Shown here one piece after another: positions 1 through 7,767 of a DNA stretch of 28,658 nucleotides. Made by a program: the position numbers and the translations under genes. The notes beneath the pieces were generated by a model. The model was given only the letters and a program-made list of their open reading frames with translations. It searched no databases and was not told where the DNA came from. Numbering within the stretch: position 1 is the first letter of the stretch; each line of letters opens with the position of its first letter. This DNA comes from a virus (taxonomy: Duplodnaviria > Caudoviricetes): positions 1 to 28,658 of the IMG/VR virus record IMGVR_UViG_3300048598_000477, one strand, 5' to 3'.

Positions 1-585
1 GTGTTTTTCAGAAAGAAAAGAAAGAAGAAACGAGGAATACCGATTCAGGATCTGTACCCGCAGTACGATATCGGCAAGCACAGCTACGGGAACAATTTGA
101 AGGTCTACTCATGGAACGAGGGCTCCACGCTCAGAATCGGAGTCTATTGCTCCATAGCCCATGATGTCGAGATATTCCTCGGCGGCGACCACAGGACCGA
201 TTGGGTCACCACGTATCCTTTCAATGTCCTGTGGCCTTCGGCAAATCACATAAAAGGGCATCCGAGAAGCAAAGGGGACGTCGTAATCGGGAATGACGTC
301 TGGATCGGTGCCGGTGCGACGGTCATGTCCGGTGTGACCATCGGTCATGGGGCGGTCGTCGCGGCAAGGGCCATGGTGACGAAAGATGTACCTCCCTACG
401 CGATGGTTGCGGGAAACCCGGCCCGGATCATAAAGATGAGATACGACGACGATACCATCCGGCGGCTTTTGGGGGTCAAGTGGTGGGACTGGGAGGAAGA
501 GAAGATCGCGGATCTCCTCCCGCTCATGTTATCCGAGAACATAGCGGCTTTCCTCGAGAAAGCGGAGAACATAGCGGGCGCGTAG
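1..585 (+). CDS. CatB/Vat-related hexapeptide-repeat O-acetyltransferase (left-handed beta-helix)
   Basis: Motifs IGx[48 protein letters not shown] and WWDW are typical of xenobiotic acyltransferase-like proteins. Converges on the phage operon and may be a host gene or a moron. Confidence 0.88.
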   Translation: MFFRKKRKKKRGIPIQDLYPQYDIGKHSYGNNLKVYSWNEGSTLRIGVYCSIAHDVEIFLGGDHRTDWVTTYPFNVLWPSANHIKGHPRSKGDVVIGNDVWIGAGATVMSGVTIGHGAVVAARAMVTKDVPPYAMVAGNPARIIKMRYDDDTIRRLLGVKWWDWEEEKIADLLPLMLSENIAAFLEKAENIAGA

Positions 586-613
586 GGCGAGGGCTGCCCC
601 GCGCGACACCCGG

Positions 614-634
614 CCGGGCGCTTCCACCGCCCGG
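614..634. terminator. GC-rich hairpin between convergent genes (possible terminator)
   Basis: CCGGGCG-cttccac-CGCCCGG inverted repeat in the 51-bp gap between two stop codons. No clear U-tract. Confidence 0.35.
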
Positions 635-636
635 AA

Positions 637-1230
637 TCAAGCCGCCCCCTTCCGGATGGGCGGTGCCTCCGAAAGCAACCTCGTCGCCTCCGCGTGGCCC
701 GCGCTCGATCCGAAGAAGTAGCCAACGATCCCCGTGAAGCCGGAGGCCAGGGCGCCGAAGAGCATGAAGACGACGCCGTTGGAGTCGGGAGGCAGGGTTA
801 CAAAAATCAGGATACCCACCAGGGCAAAGAACCCGACCACGATCACCCACGCGAGAGCATACAGGTTTTTGTCCCTCTTCCCCGTCGCTTTTGTCGTGTC
901 CACGTTCATCTGACGGGCATTCTGCACGTCGGCGAGTTGGGCGGTCAAGATCTTCAGCCTCTCTTCGGACTGCCGTTGCTTCTCCTGATTCTGGTAGTCC
1001 ATCTCCGCCAGCTTTATCTTGACGGCTGCCTGCGGGTCCGCCTCGATGGCTGCACTGATCTGGTCGGGGGTGGCATCTTCCCCGAGGCCGAAAACGGACG
1101 CGAGGGCCTTTATGCCGAGGCCGACGGCTCCCCCTATGACGTTTCCGGCGCCAGGGACTACCGTACCTATGGCCGCCCCGAGGGTTGGCGCGTTAGCCGC
1201 GATCTTTGCGGCAAGGGCCTTGAAGTCCAC
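637..1230 (-). CDS. Holin-like phage membrane protein
   Basis: N-terminal APTLGAAIG...GG hydrophobic segment, coiled coil with DVQNARQM, then two C-terminal TM helices ending GYFFGSSAG. Last gene of the operon and adjacent to the endolysin. GGAGGTGA RBS. Confidence 0.7.
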   Translation of the reverse strand: MDFKALAAKIAANAPTLGAAIGTVVPGAGNVIGGAVGLGIKALASVFGLGEDATPDQISAAIEADPQAAVKIKLAEMDYQNQEKQRQSEERLKILTAQLADVQNARQMNVDTTKATGKRDKNLYALAWVIVVGFFALVGILIFVTLPPDSNGVVFMLFGALASGFTGIVGYFFGSSAGHAEATRLLSEAPPIRKGAA

Positions 1231-1231
1231 C

Positions 1232-1612
1232 TCACACCTCCTTCCACGCTCTTTCCATCTGCTCTTCGTTCACGATGTTTCCCGTCTCCATCCTTGCCAT
1301 GGCTGCGACGAGCCTCCCGAGGTTGTCCCGGGTGACGGCGTCGTCGGGTCGCAAACCTGTCCAGGCGCAGACGTTCCTGATGTAGTTCGCCGTGTCGTTC
1401 TCGGTCGTGGGAGCCCACACGTTGACGATCTCCTCCACCGTGTTCACGCCCCGGGAGATGTACTTCTGCATGATGACGAGGGCGGCGCGCAGGCCGTGCT
1501 CGACCGTGTCGAACCTGCAGAAGCCCTTTTCCGCCCCGGTAAGCCCCTTCCACCTGTTTCGTTCGACGTAGCGTATGTTGAGCCAGTTGTTGAGCCTCGT
1601 TCCGAGATTCAT
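1232..1612 (-). CDS. Putative endolysin / lysozyme-like phage protein
   Basis: RLNNWLNIR...GFCRF...HGLRA...WAPTTENDTANY...MARMETG matches the NNPxNIR / WAPxxENxT family of phage lysozyme-like proteins. Lies between two membrane protein genes. Confidence 0.75.
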   Translation of the reverse strand: MNLGTRLNNWLNIRYVERNRWKGLTGAEKGFCRFDTVEHGLRAALVIMQKYISRGVNTVEEIVNVWAPTTENDTANYIRNVCAWTGLRPDDAVTRDNLGRLVAAMARMETGNIVNEEQMERAWKEV

Positions 1613-1812
1613 TTCGTATGCCCTCCTCGGGTGGTGAATATCTTGTGCTCTCCCTCGATGTGGGAAAGCCTCGATTCATGATCGTCCGATCGGTGCCACA
1701 AATCGGTTTGGTTCCTGTCGATCTGGCGCAAGGTCCGGACAATGAAATATCCGATGATGACGATGGCGAGATAAGCCAGAGGGTTGATTTTGTCGATCAG
1801 GGTTTCGAGCAT
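1609..1812 (-). CDS. Small single-TM phage protein (holin/XhlA-like), 67 aa
   Basis: Start moved to the ATG at 1812 (GAGG RBS). One TM helix (LAYLAIVIIGYFIV) followed by HESRLSHIEG. ATGA overlap with the endolysin gene. Confidence 0.65.
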   Translation of the reverse strand: MLETLIDKINPLAYLAIVIIGYFIVRTLRQIDRNQTDLWHRSDDHESRLSHIEGEHKIFTTRGGHTK

Positions 1813-1877
1813 GGGGTGACCTCGCAGGAAAGTCTTGGACACGTCCGGATTTTAGTGTAGAATCCTTTGGGGGCTGA

Positions 1878-2498
1878 ATGATGGCAAAAGATGCGATCGA
1901 ACAGTGGTGGGAAGACAGCCACGAGGACGCTAATTACTACATCTCTGATTATGGTGGATGGTACCTGTGGCGGACGATGAACATCGTTCGTTTCGTTCGA
2001 CCTTTCAGGCGTGTTCTTGAGATAGGCGTCGGTGGTGGTAAGGACATTAAGTGGCTCAACAGGATCAGGTGCAAAGTGTCCGCCCTCGATATCTCTGAGA
2101 CCGCTCTCGAAAAAGTCAGGGGAATAGCAAAAGATGGATGGACAGATCCTGAGTTTCTTCCCGATAACGCCTTCGATATTGCTATTTCGCACCTTGTGAC
2201 ACAGCACATCGACAACGCGACTCTGGAGCGATAGATTAAAAACGTCCTGCGCTCTTTGAAGCCGTCCGGCCTCTTCGCTATGCAATTTGCGGACAGTCTT
2301 AACGAAACGGCCACAGAAGCATTTGTAGAGACGGTAGAATGCCAGCAGGGCGGTGGAGTTTGTAGAAGCCCGGCAATGGTCGGTGATATAGTCCGAAAAT
2401 GCGGAGGGCAAACGGTGTGGCTTTCTTCGCCCGTCAATTTCCCTCAGCACGGATCCCGCTGGTTTTACACTCATATCAGACCTACTCGTAACGAATGA
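1878..2498 (+). pseudogene. Class I SAM-dependent methyltransferase interrupted by an in-frame TAG (2232-2234)
   Basis: ORFs 1878-2234 and 2256-2498 share a frame and read VLEIGVGGG...LDIS...FDIAISHLVTQH...LER*IKNVLRSLKPSGLFAMQF. Antisense to the operon and visibly more AT-rich than neighbours. Confidence 0.75.
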
Positions 2499-3645
2499 TG
2501 TAGTTTACCACCGTGAATGGGCTCATGATATTCATAGGGCTGCTGCTTCCCGCCGTTGACAAATTCGCATATCCAGTGGCTGTGTGACTATCGCCGCCCA
2601 TGCCGCCCACAAAAACGATCGTGCCTCCGACGCCAAGTCCATAGGTATTCGGCGCTCCATACAGATGAGTATGTCCAAAGTCCGAGTGTGCATGGCTTGC
2701 CATCTCTCCCCATGCCTGTGTATGCGCCTCCGCGCCTCCGACAGTCGCCAGCGTCCTGTTGGCACCAGTTGCCCCACCTTCATTTGTCTTCCCCTGACCT
2801 ACTCCAATTGGCATTCTTGCCTGCATGTTAGGGACACCGAAGTTTCCGGCCGTGCAATCAGCGCTTACGTATCCTCTTGATGCCGAAGTGTTCCAGGTCG
2901 TCCCGTAGACAAGGTAAAGTTCACGATAGTCGCCCGACTGAGGAAGGCACTGGCCCTGTGCAAGAACATAACCCGTGGGGGGCGTTGACGCCGGCCACAT
3001 GAACATGGACCCTACTGGCGCTCCTGAGGGGCCTATCGCTCCGGCTGGGCCTATCGCACCTGCCACCGAGATATTCCACCCTGTATACGTGCCCGACCCA
3101 CCCGTGCTGCCCGTGGCCGGAATGGTGATCTTGATCGCCCCGGTGCTCGAGTTGTACGTGTCGATGAATCCGTACATGAATTGGGTAGGATTACTCACAT
3201 AGGCGCAAAGCACCCACATATTGGAGGCAAAAGAAAGACCGGGGGATGTTGTTATGTTGATGTAGTCCACCCCCGTGCCGATGGTGAGCGATCCGCCATA
3301 GTACACCGAGGTGTTTGCCCCGCCTCCCGCCGGTTGAAATTGTGTGGAATTGGCAAATGCCGCTGTGCCCAGGGTGCCGCCATTTCCAATGTTGAGACTC
3401 GCGTTGTCGGTGCCCGAAAGGGTGAGGCTGTTGTTGATCGTGAAAGTCTTTCCTATCGCGATCTGCCAGGGGGAGGCATTCGTCCCGGCGCATGCGCTGT
3501 TGTAAACCCATGTCTTCTTTACGGGGTCGTAGGAATAACATTGCACGGACTGGGAACGGGCAAGCCCGGCCATGAGCAGGACGAGCACGACGAAAGTGAA
3601 AATGGGTGACGCCCAGGAAAGACTTGAATGTTTGGCGTGTGTCAT
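2482..3645 (-). CDS. Tail fibre protein with C-terminal tail-collar domain
   Basis: PVGSMFMWPASTPPTGYVLAQGQ...FGVPNMQARMPIGVG...GGAEAHT...HAHS...MSPFTVVNYIIRY is a tail-collar signature. A short GxY stretch precedes it. Hydrophobic N-terminus. Confidence 0.8.
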   Translation of the reverse strand: MTHAKHSSLSWASPIFTFVVLVLLMAGLARSQSVQCYSYDPVKKTWVYNSACAGTNASPWQIAIGKTFTINNSLTLSGTDNASLNIGNGGTLGTAAFANSTQFQPAGGGANTSVYYGGSLTIGTGVDYINITTSPGLSFASNMWVLCAYVSNPTQFMYGFIDTYNSSTGAIKITIPATGSTGGSGTYTGWNISVAGAIGPAGAIGPSGAPVGSMFMWPASTPPTGYVLAQGQCLPQSGDYRELYLVYGTTWNTSASRGYVSADCTAGNFGVPNMQARMPIGVGQGKTNEGGATGANRTLATVGGAEAHTQAWGEMASHAHSDFGHTHLYGAPNTYGLGVGGTIVFVGGMGGDSHTATGYANLSTAGSSSPMNIMSPFTVVNYIIRYE

Positions 3646-4721
3646 CGTGTTCTCCTTGCAGGTGCTGTCCGGTTTAGTTCCGATCCGTACTTCCTGAAGT
3701 CCTCGGCCGCTTTCTGCCGAAACTCCTCAACCAACTGAGGCAACCCGCCAGCATTCTTTACCCGGTCGATTGCCTCATACATGTTTCCTCCAACCGCACG
3801 CACCTGTTCGTTGACTATTTCGTTTTCTATCTCGTATGGCTTGAGAGAAACCCGTCGCAAGCTATCCCGAAAGGCATTAGCCGTTCTCACCTCATATTCC
3901 GGAGCAGAGATGGATGTCTGGCGGCCGCGGTCGGCACTTATTAAGGCGTCGGGAATGGCTGTGGCTGGATGAACGGGCTGAGCAGGGCCGGGAACCAAAC
4001 CATGTGGAGTTTGGCCCTGCTCAGCCGGGAGTCTCCTGGCGGCTTGTTCGCCAACGTACATTACTCCTTTCTTTGCGGCATCACCGGCGATATCCTTACC
4101 GAGCCCGGAGAAGTCGACTGCGCCGCTCCCATGTCTCCGAAGCAACTTATTTGCTGCCCGGGCCTTCGACATGGTACTCCCCGTAAACTGTGCGGCTGTA
4201 TCGAGCAACTTGTTTTCCGGTGACTGCAGCCTTGCAAGGCCAGAGGGAACGCCGGAGACAAGAGCTTCTTTTGCCAGCCGCTTTATGATCTGCTTCGCCG
4301 CCATTTTTGTCAGTACGGCGCCTCCTCCGGTCAAAGGGGCAAGGAGCGCGTCGGGTACTTGCTCACCCCCGGCGTTGAGTATGTATTCGAAAGCATTTTC
4401 CGGTTTGGCATAGTCTTGAAATCGTTGATAGGTTTTGGATTTCAATATGGGACGGGCGATGGTCATCCCCGGTATCTGGTCCTCTATCGAATCCAGGGCA
4501 AAGCGTGCCCACCCGCGAGGCTTTACATGACGGCGGGCGTATTCAAAAGGAAGGTCCGCCAATTCGTGATAGGAAAGCGCACCTTTTGCCATTCCTGCCC
4601 CTATCGTGGCAGCCGTGTGTAAATATCTTCCCGGTAGCGAACGTTCTATGCTCTTCTGCCCAGCTGTCGCTTCAGGCTGTCTCGCCCCTGTCCCCTTGCT
4701 CCCATAGTCGTTCCCATTCAT
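3642..4721 (-). CDS. Hypothetical phage protein (A/G-rich, possibly ejection-protein-like)
   Basis: 359 aa ORF with GGGGTGA RBS and an ATGA overlap with the downstream gene. No recognisable catalytic motif. Confidence 0.6.
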   Translation of the reverse strand: MNGNDYGSKGTGARQPEATAGQKSIERSLPGRYLHTAATIGAGMAKGALSYHELADLPFEYARRHVKPRGWARFALDSIEDQIPGMTIARPILKSKTYQRFQDYAKPENAFEYILNAGGEQVPDALLAPLTGGGAVLTKMAAKQIIKRLAKEALVSGVPSGLARLQSPENKLLDTAAQFTGSTMSKARAANKLLRRHGSGAVDFSGLGKDIAGDAAKKGVMYVGEQAARRLPAEQGQTPHGLVPGPAQPVHPATAIPDALISADRGRQTSISAPEYEVRTANAFRDSLRRVSLKPYEIENEIVNEQVRAVGGNMYEAIDRVKNAGGLPQLVEEFRQKAAEDFRKYGSELNRTAPARRTR

Positions 4722-4790
4722 GTCTCACCCCTTGTTCTGCGTTCGTTCTTTACGCTCTTTCTCTTTCCCTTCCTCCGCCCGTCGCCTTTC

Positions 4791-4840
4791 GCGTCCCTCG
4801 TCCGAGGGAGCGGAAGCGACCGGTCGTCCCTCGTCCGTCG
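4791..4840. repeat. TCGTCC(G/A)-family intergenic repeat
   Basis: tcgtccgagggagcggaagcgaccggtcgtccctcgtccgtcg, with close relatives at 22125-22295, 24575-24805 and 27168-27218. Confidence 0.75.
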
Positions 4841-4881
4841 CCGTTCTTCACTGTTCACTTTCCGCTTTCCACTGTCTTTCC

Positions 4882-5763
4882 TCACCTCGCATACCACGTC
4901 CCATTTGCACTGAATATCCTCCTTCCCGTGTTCTGGGTCAGCACGAGGTTTGCCGCGCTGTTTATGGTTCCCGCACTCGGCGTCACCACTGCATTCGAGG
5001 CTCCGGTATTGAAGATGTCGTACCAGGAGCCGTCGGGCACGCTGTTGGCTGCCGGTAGCGTGATGGCCGCGGCATTGCTCACCATGATGGTTTGAAAGAG
5101 GTCGACCGAGTTTGCGGTCTTGTTGGCCGAGACCGGAATCGTCGGGAGCACCGGCAATGACCCGGGGGCACCTCCGGCCACGACACCGGTGTAGACCGCG
5201 GACAGGCTCGCGTTGAGCAGCGTCGAGTACCAGGAGGCAGTGACGGTTGTGAGGTTGGTCGTCGAACTGTAGGACGAGCTCTGCACGACCCCGATAATGT
5301 TCGTCCCCGTGATCGACGCCATTACTGACGTCCCCGAGAGGTAGACGGCCGTCTGATTACCCAATACGCTGAATTGAGCCTGGGAGGGTTGTCCCGCGAC
5401 AGGACCGACATACGTCGCCTGTGACGTCTGGGGCACCCACTGAAGGGTAGAGGGCTGGATCTGAGCCTGGCTCGACACGTTGTCCTTCGACCAGACGAGA
5501 TTCCCGTCCTTGTCGAAAAGGACGAGCTTCGTGTATCCCGTGAGCCACACGTCTGCCTCGCCGGACGAGTCGAGCGTGATCGGGTTGTTGTTCGACACGA
5601 TGCCGCTCGAGTCGGTGTAGGTGACCTGGGGGTACGAGGGGGCAATGCCGAATTGCACGGTGGTTCCCGGCTGCACGGTATAAAGAAATCCGCCGGACAA
5701 CGGTGAGCCGGTACCGGGACAGAAAGCTTTGAATCTAGGGTACGGAGAAATGCTCGGGTTCAT
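4882..5763 (-). CDS. Tail fibre/tailspike-like protein with podovirus head-binding N-terminus
   Basis: Start moved to the ATG at 5763 (GGAGGTGA RBS). PRFKAF..G.PLSGG.LYT..PGT...TYTDSSG...NPITLDSSGEADVWL...DNV is typical of P22-like tail attachment domains. Confidence 0.75.
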   Translation of the reverse strand: MNPSISPYPRFKAFCPGTGSPLSGGFLYTVQPGTTVQFGIAPSYPQVTYTDSSGIVSNNNPITLDSSGEADVWLTGYTKLVLFDKDGNLVWSKDNVSSQAQIQPSTLQWVPQTSQATYVGPVAGQPSQAQFSVLGNQTAVYLSGTSVMASITGTNIIGVVQSSSYSSTTNLTTVTASWYSTLLNASLSAVYTGVVAGGAPGSLPVLPTIPVSANKTANSVDLFQTIMVSNAAAITLPAANSVPDGSWYDIFNTGASNAVVTPSAGTINSAANLVLTQNTGRRIFSANGTWYAR

Positions 5764-5783
5764 CGTGTCACCTCCTGTAGTAA

Positions 5784-5957
5784 CGCGAAAGTCGAATCGC
5801 GAATCGCGAAAGTTGAGATGCAAGCACAAAAGACGATCTCGAAGACGAGACGTGGACAACCGCAAAAACAATAACCGGGACGAACGTCACGAATTCCGGA
5901 CAAAGGCCGTTTCGGGCTCTGAGTTTCGCGTTTCGCGATTGCATCAATACTTTCGCG
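5784..5957. repeat. Inverted pair of heptamer arrays ((T/A)TTCGCG / TTTCGAC units)
   Basis: cgcgaaa-gtcgaat-cgcgaat-cgcgaaa at 5784-5811; tttcgcg-tttcgcg at 5924-5937. Confidence 0.75.
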
Positions 5958-5958
5958 T

Positions 5959-7209
5959 TCAGAAGTTGATCCCATACCTCTTTCCTTCCTGTATGTCGTC
6001 GTTGAGCTCGTCGAGGCCGCCAAGGTCCGTGTCGATGCTGATCGCGTCGACCTGCTTCGCCCGCTCCTTCACCGTCTCCACCGCTTCCCTGATCGTCTCC
6101 CCGAAGGCTATCACGGCACCCAGGGAGTCGAAGGGGGGCACGCTGTAGTAGTCGCCCCGGTGCTTGACCGCCATGCGGAGCTTGACCCATCGGCGCAGCT
6201 CTTTCGGGAAGGTGATGTTGACGAAGGTCTTGCACGCCTCGCTTGATTCCATGGAGATAGCCGCGCAGTACTTGTGCTTCATCACCGGGGCCGCTTTCTC
6301 TCCCGTGGCCATGCCGTAGATCACTTCCGAATAGTTCTCGATCAGCTCGCTCTGGATGGCGGCGACCCCGGGCGCCGCGAGCCGTATAGTGGGATCAAGG
6401 AGGTAGGGCGCGCGGTCGCGGCCGATCTTGATCTCGGCCGAGTAGAAGAAACGGGTCTTGTGCTTCGCGAACTCCGGGGAGAAGCCTTGGTGGATGGCGC
6501 GTAATGCCTCAGGAAACTGCTCTTCGGTCTGGTAGACCCTGCCGATGTAGCCCGAACCCCTTCGCTCGTAGCCGCACATGGAGGGGAAGAGAAGCTCCCC
6601 GTCGAAGGTAATGGCGTCGAGGCCCGGCTCCACTCCGGGGAGCAACTCTTCACAGACAAAGGTCACCTCTTCCTTATAGGGGCCTACCTTGTACGCGATG
6701 TAGTCGATACGAGACTCGGACGATTTGAAATCCTGGTGCTTGAAGCTCTCGGAGATCCCCCGGAATGAGTTGTCGACCTTGATGTAATAGTCCTTGTGGG
6801 ATTTGCAGAACTCCTCGAGTGCGGCGATGCCCTTTATCCGGTGCGTCTCCTGGACGGGCAGGCCGTTCTTGCTTTGCATCTGTCTGCCATACCACCGGTC
6901 GAGCTCGATCTTCTCGGCGGCACCGGCCCCTGCCACGGGGTAGTCGTGCTCTTTCAGATACTCCGTAATGTCCGAGCAGGCGGTGTCGGGGACAAAGATG
7001 AGGTCCGCCTCATCCACGCGGTCCCAGAAAGTCCCAACCCGTTCCATGCCGTCCAGCCCTTCCCCGATCTTCCCGCGGAAAGGCTCGGGAAATGCTTCGG
7101 CCCAGGGGCAGAAGTACTTGACCGAGGCGAAATCGCGCAGGAGGCGGAGGGCATTCTCGGTAAAGAGGCCGAAATCGTACACGAGTGCGTGCTTGTTCTT
7201 CAGGTCCAT
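5959..7209 (-). CDS. ATP-grasp ligase (distantly PurD-like)
   Basis: AEKIELDRWYG (cf. PurD AxLExxK), YYIKVD, FVCEELLPGVE and FFYSAEIKI...YLLDPTIR correspond to ATP-grasp motifs. AAGGAG RBS. Confidence 0.7.
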   Translation of the reverse strand: MDLKNKHALVYDFGLFTENALRLLRDFASVKYFCPWAEAFPEPFRGKIGEGLDGMERVGTFWDRVDEADLIFVPDTACSDITEYLKEHDYPVAGAGAAEKIELDRWYGRQMQSKNGLPVQETHRIKGIAALEEFCKSHKDYYIKVDNSFRGISESFKHQDFKSSESRIDYIAYKVGPYKEEVTFVCEELLPGVEPGLDAITFDGELLFPSMCGYERRGSGYIGRVYQTEEQFPEALRAIHQGFSPEFAKHKTRFFYSAEIKIGRDRAPYLLDPTIRLAAPGVAAIQSELIENYSEVIYGMATGEKAAPVMKHKYCAAISMESSEACKTFVNITFPKELRRWVKLRMAVKHRGDYYSVPPFDSLGAVIAFGETIREAVETVKERAKQVDAISIDTDLGGLDELNDDIQEGKRYGINF

Positions 7210-7342
7210 GGTTTAACTCCTTCTTGTCGCCTGTGCATGTTGGCCGAAGACGCCAATCGTCCCGTCGGCCGACGATGGTTTCGCCTGATGCTTCCGTTTG
7301 ATCCTTTTGTTCTCAATTCCACACATCATCGTTTCCTTTATC

Positions 7343-7501
7343 CCCGCACCGTGTCATGCTTTGGAGTGCCTTGGCCCGCGCGCCTAGCGTGGCTCACCTG
7401 AGCAACACAAGCGGGGCAACGTACTAAGTGGGGCCAACCGCTCAGGGCTGGTCGAGAAGGTATGCTCTTCTCCCGAGGCACGGGCTGTCTCGCGGTGCGG
7501 G
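7343..7501 (+). ncRNA. Candidate multi-stem structured RNA (~160 nt)
   Basis: 11-bp closing stem cccgcaccgtg/cgcggtgcggg with inner stems cctgagc/gctcagg, gagaag/cttctc and gaggca/tgtctc. G-U pairs favour the + strand. Confidence 0.45.
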
Positions 7502-7623
7502 AGCCGGCGCACTGCTTAATTGGCCGGACACGTATGTAAACCCTCCGGCCGCACGCAGCTCTACTCCAACAACCGCTCACCTCGGCGATGCCTCCGTATT
7601 GTCCTTAATTTCCGACATTCCGC

Positions 7624-7652
7624 TTGACCTCCCGTCCGGCTTTCGGTACACT
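7624..7652 (+). promoter_or_regulatory. sigma70-type promoter, antisense to the operon
   Basis: TTGACC-17 bp-TACACT, ending 8 nt before the RNA closing stem. Confidence 0.65.
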
Positions 7653-7660
7653 TGTTTCAC

Positions 7661-7750
7661 GACCCGTTGGAAGTCCAGAAAGGTCCCTGGAGGGGCTCCT
7701 TTCCGAGGAGTTGACCCGATGGAGGAGTTAGCCGCCCTCCCCGACGGGTC
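7661..7750 (+). ncRNA. Candidate four-way-junction small RNA, copy A
   Basis: P1 gacccgttgg/ccgacgggtc, P2 tccag/ctgga, P3 ctcct/aggag, P4 ggagg/cctcc. Stems are conserved with copy B while loops differ. Confidence 0.55.
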
Positions 7751-7767
7751 TGTCTTTCTATGCCCGT

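Noticed and set aside
1-585. Antibiotic resistance gene (catB/vat)
   Set aside because: Family motifs are shared with many sugar O-acetyltransferases, so substrate cannot be assigned from sequence.
2232-2234. Genome-wide TAG recoding
   Set aside because: Terminase, portal, coat and other long genes are intact in the standard code, and several genes, including the coat gene, end in TAG at the expected position.
7661-7750. Canonical tRNA gene
   Set aside because: Cloverleaf-like, but lacks the T-loop GTTC motif, a 7-nt anticodon loop with standard spacing, and a CCA end.
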